Below, piece by piece: positions 1 through 8,821 of a stretch of DNA of 64,000 bases. This stretch comes from Planctomycetota bacterium (GTDB lineage: Bacteria > Planctomycetota > UBA1135 > UBA2386), in contig JADLFX010000003.1 in NCBI GenBank assembly GCA_020849665.1, positions 13,896 to 77,895 of the forward strand, given 5' to 3'. The notes beneath the pieces were generated by a model, which saw nothing but the letters and a program-made list of their open reading frames with translations, did no database searches and had not been told where the DNA came from. Positions within the stretch are counted from its first letter, which is position 1. Each line of letters starts with the position of its first letter. Position numbers and translations under genes: made by a program.

Positions 1-203
1 AGGTCCATGCCCAGGCGCCGCTCGAACCAGCCCTGCGCCGGTTCGGTCAGGTCGCGGGCGGCGAGCGCATGCGCATGGGTGAGCGTGACGAAGTGGCCGA
101 CACGCAGCACGGGCCGCGGATCCGCCGGCTCGCGCCGCCCGCAGGCACTGGCGCAGAGCAGCGCGAGCGCGGCCAGGATCGGGAGGCGCGGGGGGCGGGT
201 CAT
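1..203 (-). CDS. ABC-transporter substrate-binding lipoprotein, NMT1/SsuA (nitrate/sulfonate/taurine) family; N-terminal part only, gene runs off the left edge
   Basis: Own translation of the minus strand from ATG at 201-203: MTRPPRLPILAALALLCASACGRREPADPRPVLRVGHFVTLTHAHALAARDLTEPAQGWFERRLGMD. It has a lipobox (LCASAC) and an LRVGHF...THA motif typical of SsuA/NMT1 binding proteins. It is not in the ORF track because it has no stop inside the window. Confidence 0.6.
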   Translation of the reverse strand, partial: MTRPPRLPILAALALLCASACGRREPADPRPVLRVGHFVTLTHAHALAARDLTEPAQGWFERRLGMD

Positions 204-264
204 GGCACGGTGCGCGGTGCGCATACCTTCGCAGGTCGGCGCACCCAGGACAACGCGCGTCGCG

Positions 265-1083
265 TCAGGACTTCCGCCGACGCGCCGCCATGTAGGGCAC
301 TACGCCCAGCAGCAGGCCGAGGGCCACGGTGACCGGGATCCAGATGGCCAGCTGCGGGATCAGGAGCAGCGCGGTCCACGCGCCGGCGGGGTCGTCGCGG
401 AAGTTCATCGGCCCCTGCAGGAAGAGGTTCACCTCGTGGATCGGGCTCACGTCGAGGTGCGTGCCGAGATGGCGCGTGGTGCAGAACCAGCCGACGGCCA
501 CCACGACGCCGCGGTGCAGGAGGCCGAGCAGGAAGAGCTGCGCCACCCAGGCCGCGACGGGCATGCGGCGCAGGCCGCAGTAGGCGCCGAGGAAGGGCAG
601 CAGGAGGACCAGCGGCAGCGACACGCCGATCGCCCAGTGCAGCTCGGGGGGCGCCGCGGTCTTCTCCAGGGCGAGGCGCACCGCGAGCGCATGGCTCCCG
701 AGCAGCGCGCAGTGCAGTGCGGGCGCCGGCGGGGCCGGGCGCCGCTCGCGCTGCACCAGGAGGAGCAGGGCGGGCACGAGCAGCGCCGCGAGCCCGACCA
801 GGGGCCACTGCCACGCCGGGCGCTCGACGACTTCGATCACGAAGCGGGTCGGGGTCTTGTCGGGGCCGGCGGGAAAGCGGTTCACGACCTCGGCGCGGGC
901 CACGGCCGCGCGCTGTGCGAACGCCAACCAGCCCATGGGCAGGGCGCCCAGGACCAGCACGGTCGCGATCGTCGTGCGGCCGCGCGTTCCGCAGAGCGGG
1001 GCCACGAGCAGGAGGAGGAGCGGCGGGAGGGTCCACACCAGCCAGGGGAGCGCCTCCCGCAGCGCCTGCAGGATCTGGCTCAT
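265..1083 (-). CDS. Polytopic membrane protein of unknown function, last gene of the permease/binding-protein operon
   Basis: Internal ATG of track ORF 265..2154 (MSQILQALREALPWLVWTLPPLLLLLVAPL...). The start overlaps the upstream stop in ATGA at 1080-1083. It contains many hydrophobic helices. No family recognised. Confidence 0.6.
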   Translation of the reverse strand: MSQILQALREALPWLVWTLPPLLLLLVAPLCGTRGRTTIATVLVLGALPMGWLAFAQRAAVARAEVVNRFPAGPDKTPTRFVIEVVERPAWQWPLVGLAALLVPALLLLVQRERRPAPPAPALHCALLGSHALAVRLALEKTAAPPELHWAIGVSLPLVLLLPFLGAYCGLRRMPVAAWVAQLFLLGLLHRGVVVAVGWFCTTRHLGTHLDVSPIHEVNLFLQGPMNFRDDPAGAWTALLLIPQLAIWIPVTVALGLLLGVVPYMAARRRKS

Positions 1084-2093
1084 CGGGTCGTGCCCCTGCC
1101 GGGGAGGCCGGCGCCCGCGCGGAAGCCCTGGTGCCGCTCCTGCGCCGGGCTGGAGGTCATCAGGCCCTGGATCTCGACGATGCGGCCCCTGCCGCCCAGG
1201 AGGCGCTGCGCCACGGCGCCCGCGGCGCGGCCGATCGCGAGGTTGTCGCCGCCCACGAAGCACGTGTAGTCCTCGCTGCCGAGCCTGCGGTCGAGGACCA
1301 GCACGGGGATGCCCTTGGCGCGGGCGCGCTGCACGGCGGGCACCAGCGTGATGCTCTCCTTGGGCGAGACGAGGATCAGGTGCACGCCCTGGGTGACGAA
1401 CTCGTCGATGTGCGTGCGCTGCTTGTCGGTGTCGTTCTGGGCGTCCTTCTCGATCAGCTCGAGCTGCGGGTACTTCTTCGCCTGCCGGCGCAGGTCGGCG
1501 TTCATCTGCACGCGCCACGGCTCGTCCAGGGTGGTCTGCGACATCCCCAGCCGCCACACGTGGTCGGTGGTCGCGGGGCGCAGATGCGCGGCGTGCATGG
1601 CGCGCAGCGCGGCCACGATCCTGGTGCCCTCGGCCTCGATCGGCGTGCCGCCCTGCGCCACGTCGGCCTTGGTGAACACGCGGGTGCCGAGGATGACGTC
1701 CCGGGGCACCGCCACGCCGTTCAGGATCAGGAGCGCGAGGTCGATCGCCTCCGCGCCGCCCGTGGGGTACTCCACGGTCGCGTCGAGGATGCCCTCCTGC
1801 ACGTAGCGCACGCCTTCCTGCGGCAGGGCGTCGACGCCGACGAAGCGGATCCCGGTGCGGTTGGCCTGCTTCGCCGCGAGGAACGCGCCGAACGCCATCG
1901 GGTCGTTGTGCGCGTAGACCAGATCGATCCGCGGGAAACGGGCCAGGGCCGACTCCATCTCCTTCTTGCCCTCGTCCTGCTTCCACTTCGCGTCGGCCAC
2001 GAACACCACCTCCAGCGCCGTGGCCGGGGCATCCTGGTTCCTGGTGCAACCGGCCGCGGCCAGCACGAAGACGAGCAGGGTGGAGCGAGACAT
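1080..2093 (-). CDS. Periplasmic sugar-binding lipoprotein (type I PBP, RbsB-like) with apparently circularly permuted domain order
   Basis: Internal ATG of track ORF 1080..2876: MSRSTLLVFVLAAAGC (lipobox). The RbsB C-terminal-half motifs come first (IDLVYAHNDPMAFGAFLAAKQA, FVGVDALPQEGVRYVQEGILDATVEYP). The N-terminal-half motifs follow (LIEKDAQNDTDKQRTHIDEFVTQGVHLILVSP, KGIPVLVLDRRL, VGGDNLAIGRAAG, QGLMTSSPAQERHQGF). Confidence 0.85.
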   Translation of the reverse strand: MSRSTLLVFVLAAAGCTRNQDAPATALEVVFVADAKWKQDEGKKEMESALARFPRIDLVYAHNDPMAFGAFLAAKQANRTGIRFVGVDALPQEGVRYVQEGILDATVEYPTGGAEAIDLALLILNGVAVPRDVILGTRVFTKADVAQGGTPIEAEGTRIVAALRAMHAAHLRPATTDHVWRLGMSQTTLDEPWRVQMNADLRRQAKKYPQLELIEKDAQNDTDKQRTHIDEFVTQGVHLILVSPKESITLVPAVQRARAKGIPVLVLDRRLGSEDYTCFVGGDNLAIGRAAGAVAQRLLGGRGRIVEIQGLMTSSPAQERHQGFRAGAGLPGRGTTR

Positions 2094-2110
2094 GCCGGGT
2101 TCTTGTCCCT

Positions 2111-3097
2111 TCAGCGGCGATCCTGGAGGAGCACCGCCGCGACCAGGATCGCACCCTGGAGGATCAGGCGCCAGTGTTCGGCCACGCCGTTGATGCTGAG
2201 GATCTTCTCGATGTAGCCCAGGGTGAGGACGCCGACGACGGTGAGGCCGATGCCGCCGCTGCCGCCGCGCAGCGAGGTGCCGCCAATCACCACCGCGGCG
2301 ATCGCCTTGAGCTCGAACATCGTGCCCGCCTCCGGGTTGCCGAGGCGGTCGCGCACCGTCTGACAGATCCCGGCCACGGCGGCGCACGCGCCGCACAGGA
2401 CGTAGGTGAGCGCGCGCACCCGGACCACCGCGACGCCGGCGAGGTGGCTGGCGACCTCGTTGCCACCCACCGCGAGCACGTGCCGGCCGTACACGGTGCG
2501 GCTCACGACCACTCCGAGGACCAGGGCGAGTCCGAGGAAGAGCACGCCGAGCGCGGGCACTCCGATCCCGCCGGCGAGCGGCAGGACCAGGAGATCGCCG
2601 TCGAGCCACTGGTAGAAGGGCGGGCCGAGGATCTGTTCGGCGGGGGGCATCACCTTGGAGCTGGGATCCTGGCCGAGAGTCACGGGCAGGACCTTGGCCA
2701 GTCCGCGGGCCAGCACCATCGTGGCGAGGGTGGCCACGAAGGGCTGCAGGCGCAGGCGCGCGGCGAGCATGCCGTTGACCCCGCCGAGCGCGACGCCGGC
2801 GACCAGGGCGCCGGCCGCCCCCAGCGGCCACGCCAGTCCGGCGCCCAGGGTCAGGGCGGCGAAGGTCATCCCGCACACGGCGAGCAGCGAGCCGACCGAG
2901 AGGTCGATCCCGCCCCCCAGGATCACGAGGGTCATGCCCAGGGCCAGGATGCCGGTGACGCTGCTGGCGCTGAGCAGGTCGCGGTGGGTCTGCGCGGCGA
3001 AGAAGGCGCCTTCGGCGTGGAAGACGCAGCCGAGGGCGACGACCAGGCCCAGGGCGAGCAGCGCCCGGCTCAGCGGCGACGCGAGGACCGGGTTCAA
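2111..3097 (-). CDS. ABC sugar permease, RbsC/AraH/XylH family
   Basis: C-terminal part of track ORF 2111..3403. Hallmark motifs are GMTLVILGGGIDLSVGSLLAV and AAVVIGGTSLRGGSGGIGLTVVG. No ATG lies upstream of the conserved core, so the start is placed at the in-frame TTG at 3095-3097. That start is uncertain by up to about 100 nt. Confidence 0.8.
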   Translation of the reverse strand: MNPVLASPLSRALLALGLVVALGCVFHAEGAFFAAQTHRDLLSASSVTGILALGMTLVILGGGIDLSVGSLLAVCGMTFAALTLGAGLAWPLGAAGALVAGVALGGVNGMLAARLRLQPFVATLATMVLARGLAKVLPVTLGQDPSSKVMPPAEQILGPPFYQWLDGDLLVLPLAGGIGVPALGVLFLGLALVLGVVVSRTVYGRHVLAVGGNEVASHLAGVAVVRVRALTYVLCGACAAVAGICQTVRDRLGNPEAGTMFELKAIAAVVIGGTSLRGGSGGIGLTVVGVLTLGYIEKILSINGVAEHWRLILQGAILVAAVLLQDRR

Positions 3098-3440
3098 CGC
3101 CGACCCCGCGGGCACGGGGCTGCGGTGCGAGACGGGCGGTGCCGGGGCGGAGCCCCGGGAGGGGCGGTGCGCATGGTGGGGGCGGATCGTCTCGCGAACG
3201 TCCTCGCGCCGCGAGACCGGGGCGGCGGGTGGCAGGAATCGTCGAGCGGCGCGGGCCTCGGCTGCGCCAACCCCCGGGCCGGGTTGGGGGAAGGTGCCGC
3301 CGATGGTCCGCGGCCCGGGCCTGGGCCGCGCGTGGCCAGTCAGCAGGCCGCGTCCTCCATGGCGAGGGCCGCCGCCGCGCCGGGTCCCCCTAGCCTCTTG
3401 CATGCCGCGCAGCCCTGGCTAAGGTTCCGCCTCCCTTCGC

Positions 3441-3517
<77 letters not shown>

Positions 3518-3610
3518 GTCTGTCCATGCCGGGCCCGCCGTGGCGCGGCGACCCGCGCGAAACGTCCGCCCCGCGCCGCCGTCGCGGAGGTGTGGCGGGT
3601 CGATGATGGC

Positions 3611-3643
3611 CCGGTGACGGGCCGGTGCCGAACCGGTGACGGG
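3611..3643. repeat. Three tandem 11-bp units (CCGGTGACGGG / CCGGTGCCGAA / CCGGTGACGGG) in the leader region upstream of the hyf-like operon
   Basis: Read directly from the sequence. The period is 11 bp and units 1 and 3 are identical. The repeat lies about 95 nt after the tRNA-Asp and about 170 nt before the ATG at 3812. Confidence 0.5.
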
Positions 3644-3811
3644 CAGGCGCCGGGCGCCGCAGGTCAGGGCAGGCCCGCCGCGAGGTGGTGGACCCACACA
3701 ACCCGACCTGCGCCGCGCAGCGCCGCGGCTGCGCGCGGAGGCGCGCGCGGCGCGCCGGCTTGCCGGCGCGATCCTGGAAAGCATGTCCGGGCATCGTTCT
3801 GATGTCCGGCC

Positions 3812-5752
3812 ATGCCCATGCTCGTGGGGGCGCTCCTCGTGGTGGCGGTGGGGGCGCTCTTCGCCCTGGTCCTGCCCCGGCGCATGGCGTCGGGCATCGC
3901 GGTGCTGGCCACCGCGATCGCTGGTGCGTGCCTGCTGGCGGCCTCGGTGCCCGTGGCCCTCGGCGCCGCGCTGCCGCAGGACTTCTCGGCGCCGTGGTCG
4001 GTGCCGATGGGCTCCTTCCACCTCGGGCTCGATCCGCTGAGCGCGTGGTTCCTCCTCGCCCTGGGCCTGATCGCGCCGCTGGCCGCGGTGCACGGCTTCG
4101 CCCGCCAGCCGGTGCGCCCCTTCCCCTGGCTGGTCCTGGTGGGGGCGCTGCTGGTGGTGTTCACGGCCCGCAACGCCGTGCTCTTCCTGGTCGCCTGGGA
4201 GGTGGTTTCCCTCGCCTCGTTCTTCCTGGTCCTGCACGGACGTGACGCCGACGCGGAGGAGGAGGCGGGCTGGACCTACCTGGTCGCCTCGCATCTCTCC
4301 ACCGCGTTCCTGATCGCCGCCCTGGTCCTGTTGGGCACCGCCGGCGTGCACGACCTCGGCCTGGCCGGAGGCGCCGCGCTCGCACCCGGCACGCGCGACG
4401 CCGTGTTCCTGCTTGCGCTGGTGGGGTTCGGCACCAAGGCCGGCCTGATGCCCTTCCACGTGGCGTCGCCGGGCCTCTACGCCGCCGCGCCGGGGCCGGT
4501 CGCCGCGCTCCTGGCCGGCGTCGCGAGCAAGACCGGCATCTACGGCCTGCTGCGCTGCGCCACGCTCCTGGGCGACATCCCCGAGTGGCACGGCTGGACG
4601 CTGCTCGCCCTGGGTCTGCTCACCGCGTTCTTCGGCGCGGTGCTGGCGCTCAGCCACGCCGACCTGCGCACCAGCCTCGCGTACAGCAGCATCGAGAACG
4701 TCGGGCTCGTGTTCGCGGCCCTGGGGCTCGGGTCCCTGGGACTCGCCAAGGGCAACACCTACGTGGCGGTGAGCGGCTACCTCGCCGCGCTCCTGCACGC
4801 GCTGCACCACGGGCTCTTCAAGGGCCTGCTCTTCCTCGCCACCGGCTCGTTCCTCGCCAGCGCGGGAGAGGGACCGGGTGCGCGCGCCGGCGGCTGGTGG
4901 AAGGTGTTCCCCGGGGTCGGCGCCGCGTTCCTCGCGGGCGCGTGCACGTGCGCGGCCCTGCCGCCGGCCTGCGGGTTCGTGGGCGAGTTCCTGCTCCTGC
5001 TCGGCGCGCTGGAGGCGGCGTCGGTGCCGCGCGCCGGCTTCGCCGTCCCGGCCGTGCTCTCGCTCGCGGTGCTGGGACTCACCGCCGGGCTCGCGGCCGC
5101 CAACCTCGCGCGCCTGGCCGGCGGGACCTTCCTGGGCACGCCGCGCGCGCCGCTCGCGGCCGCTCCGGTCCCCGTGGCCGAGCGGGCCATCCTGGGCGTG
5201 CTGGCGTTCCTCTGCCTGGCAGCGGGCCTGCTCGCGCCGCAGGTCCTGCAGCTCGCCACGCTGCCGGCCATGATCCCGCTGGCGTCCGCGAGCGCGCCCG
5301 GGATCGCGCTCGCCGAGCTGGCCGCCTCGTTGCGCGGCGTGCTCCTCCCGGCCGCGGCGCTGCTGGCGTTGGTGGGTGGGCTCGGCCTGCTGCGCGCACG
5401 CCTGCTGGATGGCCGGCCGGTGCACGAGGGCCCGACCTGGGACTGCGGGTTCGCCGCGCCCACGGCGCGCATGCAGTACACCCCGGCGTCGTTCGTGGCG
5501 CCGCTCGTCGCGCTGTTCCGCGCCCTGCATCGCGGCCGCGAGACGCTGCGCCCGCCGCGGGGTCCGTTCCCGGCGCGCGCCGAACACAGCGTGGCGGGCA
5601 GCGACCCCGGCCGCCGCTTCCTCTACGACCCGCTCTTCCGCCTCGTGGCCCGCTGCGCCGGACGTCTCGGCTGGATCCAGCACGGCTACGTGCAGGTCTA
5701 CCTGCTCTACATCGCGGCCACGCTGGTCGTGCTGATGGTGTGGAAGCTGTGA
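3812..5752 (+). CDS. Antiporter-like membrane subunit, HyfB/HycC/NuoL family (EhrA-type)
   Basis: 646 aa. Motifs: WEVVSLASFFLV, GFGTKAGLMPFHV, ALLAGVASKTGIYGLLR. First gene of a tightly coupled six-gene operon. Confidence 0.9.
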   Translation: MPMLVGALLVVAVGALFALVLPRRMASGIAVLATAIAGACLLAASVPVALGAALPQDFSAPWSVPMGSFHLGLDPLSAWFLLALGLIAPLAAVHGFARQPVRPFPWLVLVGALLVVFTARNAVLFLVAWEVVSLASFFLVLHGRDADAEEEAGWTYLVASHLSTAFLIAALVLLGTAGVHDLGLAGGAALAPGTRDAVFLLALVGFGTKAGLMPFHVASPGLYAAAPGPVAALLAGVASKTGIYGLLRCATLLGDIPEWHGWTLLALGLLTAFFGAVLALSHADLRTSLAYSSIENVGLVFAALGLGSLGLAKGNTYVAVSGYLAALLHALHHGLFKGLLFLATGSFLASAGEGPGARAGGWWKVFPGVGAAFLAGACTCAALPPACGFVGEFLLLLGALEAASVPRAGFAVPAVLSLAVLGLTAGLAAANLARLAGGTFLGTPRAPLAAAPVPVAERAILGVLAFLCLAAGLLAPQVLQLATLPAMIPLASASAPGIALAELAASLRGVLLPAAALLALVGGLGLLRARLLDGRPVHEGPTWDCGFAAPTARMQYTPASFVAPLVALFRALHRGRETLRPPRGPFPARAEHSVAGSDPGRRFLYDPLFRLVARCAGRLGWIQHGYVQVYLLYIAATLVVLMVWKL

Positions 5753-6684
5753 GCCTCGCCGCGCTGGTCCACCTCGCCGTGCACGCGGCCCTGGTGTTCG
5801 CCCTGGCCCCGCTGCTGCAGGGCATCGTGAACCGCACCAAGGCGTGGTTCGCGGGCCGCCGCGGCCCGCCGCTCGCCCAGCCGTACTTCGACCTCTGGCG
5901 CCTCCTGGCGAAGGGCGCGGTGTACAGCACCACGACCACGGTCGTGTTCCGCCTAGCCCCCGTCGTGGCGCTGGCCGCGCTGCTCACCACGGGGCTGCTG
6001 GTGCCCATGGGCGGCTGGCCGGCGCCGCTGGCCTTCGCCGGCGACCTCTTCCTCGTGGCAGGACTCCTGGCGCTGGCGCGCTTCGCCCTCGTGCTGGCCG
6101 CGCTCGACACCGGCTCGAGCTTCACCGGGATGGGCGCGAGCCGCGAGGTGTGGTTCGCCGCGCTGGCCGAGCCGGCGCTGCTGGTGTCCCTGGCCGCGCT
6201 GGCGCGCGGGCTGCGCCACGACCTCGCGCACGACTCGCTCTCGGCGATCTACGGCGCCATGAGCCCCGCCACGTTCACCGCCGGCGCGCCGTTCCTGCTC
6301 CTGGTGGCCGGGGCGCTGCTGCTGGTGTTCCTGGCCGAGAACGGCCGCATCCCCGTGGACGACCCCAACACCCACCTGGAGCTGACCATGATCCACGAGG
6401 TGATGATCCTGGATCACAGCGGCCCCGACCTGGCGTTCCTGCTCTACGGGCAGGCGCTCAAGCTGCAGATCCTGGGCGTCCTGCTGGTCGGCGTGCTCCT
6501 GCCGGTGCGCACCGGCGTCGCGGCGCTGGACCTGGCGCTCGCGGTGGCGGGGCTCGTCCTCCTCGCCGTGGCGGTGGGCTGCATCGAGTCGCTGCTGGCG
6601 CGCCTGCGCCTCGCGCGCGTCGCGCAGATGCTCACGTGGGCCGGCGCCCTCGCGGTGGCGGCCCTGGTCCTGGAGGTGAGCTGA
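5749..6684 (+). CDS. Membrane subunit, HyfC/HycD/NuoH family (EhrB-type)
   Basis: The GTG at 5749 overlaps the upstream TGA (GTGA). Translation VSLAALVHLAVHAALVFALAPLLQGIVNRTKAWFAGRRGPPLAQPYFDLWRLL...LAENGRIPVDDPNTHLELTMIHEVMILDHSGPDLA matches HycD/NuoH-type proteins. This is the in-frame tail of track ORF 4585..6684. Confidence 0.85.
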   Translation: MSLAALVHLAVHAALVFALAPLLQGIVNRTKAWFAGRRGPPLAQPYFDLWRLLAKGAVYSTTTTVVFRLAPVVALAALLTTGLLVPMGGWPAPLAFAGDLFLVAGLLALARFALVLAALDTGSSFTGMGASREVWFAALAEPALLVSLAALARGLRHDLAHDSLSAIYGAMSPATFTAGAPFLLLVAGALLLVFLAENGRIPVDDPNTHLELTMIHEVMILDHSGPDLAFLLYGQALKLQILGVLLVGVLLPVRTGVAALDLALAVAGLVLLAVAVGCIESLLARLRLARVAQMLTWAGALAVAALVLEVS

Positions 6685-7328
6685 TGCACGGCTTCGTGGA
6701 CGCGATCCTGGTGGTGCTGGTGCTCACCGACCTGCTGCTCCTGGGCAGCTTCCGGCTCGGCGCCAGCGTGCGCACCTCGGCGCTGCAGGGCGTCGCCCTC
6801 GGCGTGCTGCCGCTCTTCGCCCACCACCACGGGCTCGGCGCCGATGCCGTCCTGCTGGCGCTCGTGGCCACCGGCGCCAAGGGCGTGCTCTTCCCCTGGC
6901 TGATGCTGCGCGCGGTGCGCATCGCGCAGATCCCGCGGGCGATGAAGCCGATCGTCGGCACCGCCGCCTCCGTGGTGATCGGCATGGTGCTCCTGGTGCT
7001 GTGCCGCGAGCTCGCGCCGCGCCTGCCGCTGCCGTACTCGTCCGGCTCCACGCTGGTGCTGCCGGTGGCGCTGTTCACGATCTTCTGCGGGCTCTTCCTG
7101 CTGGTCGCGCGCCGCCTCGCCCTCACCCAGGTGCTGGGATACCTGGTGATGGAGAACGGCGTGTTCGCGTTCGGCGTGGCCGGCCTGCCCCCGGGTTCGT
7201 TCACGATCGAGCTCCTGGTGCTGCTCGACCTCCTGGTCGCGGTGTTCGTGATGGGCGTGACCGTGTCGCACATCAGCCGCACCTTCAATTCGATCGACAC
7301 GCGCCAGCTCACGGAGTTGAAGGGCTGA
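6684..7328 (+). CDS. Small membrane subunit, HyfE family (NuoK-related; EhrC-type)
   Basis: The ATG at 6684 overlaps the upstream TGA. 214 aa, all hydrophobic helices (MHGFVDAILVVLVLTDLLLLGS...LGYLVMENGVFAFGVAG). Length and pattern resemble HyfE. Tail of track ORF 5844..7328. Confidence 0.75.
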   Translation: MHGFVDAILVVLVLTDLLLLGSFRLGASVRTSALQGVALGVLPLFAHHHGLGADAVLLALVATGAKGVLFPWLMLRAVRIAQIPRAMKPIVGTAASVVIGMVLLVLCRELAPRLPLPYSSGSTLVLPVALFTIFCGLFLLVARRLALTQVLGYLVMENGVFAFGVAGLPPGSFTIELLVLLDLLVAVFVMGVTVSHISRTFNSIDTRQLTELKG

Positions 7329-8821
7329 TGCTCTGGCTCCTGCTGCTCCTGCCCTTCGCCGCGGGGGTCCTCGCGTTGCTCCTGCCAGGCCACGCCGGGC
7401 GCCGCACGGTGCTGCTCGGCGCCGCTGCCACGCACTTCGCCCTGGTGCTGGTGGCGCTGGCCGGCGCGGCGCCGCCCGCCTGGGGCGGGCGGCTGGCCCT
7501 CGACGGCCTGGGCGGCCTCTTCCTGCTGCTGAGCAGCGGTCTCTTCGCCGTGGCCTCCGCGTACGCGGTGGGCTACCTGCGGCGCGAACGCGTCCTCGAG
7601 CGGCTGCAAGGCACCGCGCGCCCGGATTTCCTCGAGGGCGGGCTCTTCGCCAACGTGCCCGAGGCGGTGTTCACGGCCACGCTGCTCTGCTTCCTCGGCA
7701 CCATGACCGGCGTGTGCCTCGCCCACGACTTCCAGCTCCTCTGGGTGCTGGTCGAGGGCACCACGCTGGCCAGCGCGCCGCTGATCTACTTCCACCGCCA
7801 CCATCGCTCCCTGGAGGCCTCGTGGAAGTACCTCCTGCTCTGCTCGGTGGGGATCTCGATCGCGCTGCTGGGCACGCTCTTCCTCGCCGTGGCGGGCACC
7901 GACGCGCAGGGGGGCTCGACGCCGCTCCTGATGACCGCGCTGGCGGCGAAGGCCGACACGCTGGCGGTGCCGTGGGTGAAGGCGGCGTTCGTGCTGATCC
8001 TCGTGGGCTATGGCGCCAAGATGGGTCTCGCGCCGATGCACAACTGGCTGCCGGACGCGCACAGCGAGGCGCCTTCGCTCGTGTCGGCGCTGCTCTCGGG
8101 CGCGCTGCTGAACTGCGCCTTCCTGGGCGTGCTGCGCGGTCTGCAGGTGTGCGGGATGGTGGGCGAGGCGGCATTCGCGCGCGAGCTGCTGCTCGGCTTC
8201 GGCCTCGTGTCGCTCGCGATCGCCGCCCTCTTCGTGCTGCGTCAGGCAGACTTCAAGCGCCTGCTGGCGTACTCGAGCGTCGAGCACATGGGACTGCTGG
8301 CGGTCGGGGTCGGTCTCGCCGGCGCGGGCGGCGAGGCCGCGATGCTGCATGCGGTGAACCACACCGTGGCCAAGGGCATGCTCTTCCTGCTCGCCGGCAA
8401 CCTGCTGGCGGCGTTCCACACCAAGGAGATCCACCAGGTGCGCGGGGCACTGCGCGTCCTGCCGGTGTCGGGCGGACTCTGGCTGCTGGGCCTCTTCGCG
8501 ATCACCGGGACGCCGCCCTTCGGCATGTTCCACAGCGAACTGGCGCTCGTGCGCGCGGCGCTGGAGCAGGGCCGCCCCGTCGTGGCCGCGGGGGTCCTGC
8601 TCGGCCTCGGCGCGGTGTTCGCCGGCATGTCGGCGGTGTTCCTGCGGATGTGCCTGGGCGCGCCGCGCGGGGCGGTGGCGGCGCCGGCGCGCGAGGAGTT
8701 CAGCGCGATCCTGCCGCCCGCGCTGCTCGCCACCCTGGCTCTCTGGCTCGGCCTGCAGGTGCCGGGCGAGCTCGCCGCGCTGTTGCGCGCCGCCGCGGCG
8801 CAGCTGGGGGCGCTGCCATGA
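7328..8821 (+). CDS. Antiporter-like membrane subunit, HyfF/NuoN/NuoM family (EhrD-type)
   Basis: The ATG at 7328 overlaps the upstream TGA. Motifs: GYGAKMGLAPMHNWLPDAHSEAPSLVSALLSGALLN, KRLLAYSSVEHMG. Tail of track ORF 7001..8821. Confidence 0.9.
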   Translation: MLWLLLLLPFAAGVLALLLPGHAGRRTVLLGAAATHFALVLVALAGAAPPAWGGRLALDGLGGLFLLLSSGLFAVASAYAVGYLRRERVLERLQGTARPDFLEGGLFANVPEAVFTATLLCFLGTMTGVCLAHDFQLLWVLVEGTTLASAPLIYFHRHHRSLEASWKYLLLCSVGISIALLGTLFLAVAGTDAQGGSTPLLMTALAAKADTLAVPWVKAAFVLILVGYGAKMGLAPMHNWLPDAHSEAPSLVSALLSGALLNCAFLGVLRGLQVCGMVGEAAFARELLLGFGLVSLAIAALFVLRQADFKRLLAYSSVEHMGLLAVGVGLAGAGGEAAMLHAVNHTVAKGMLFLLAGNLLAAFHTKEIHQVRGALRVLPVSGGLWLLGLFAITGTPPFGMFHSELALVRAALEQGRPVVAAGVLLGLGAVFAGMSAVFLRMCLGAPRGAVAAPAREEFSAILPPALLATLALWLGLQVPGELAALLRAAAAQLGALP

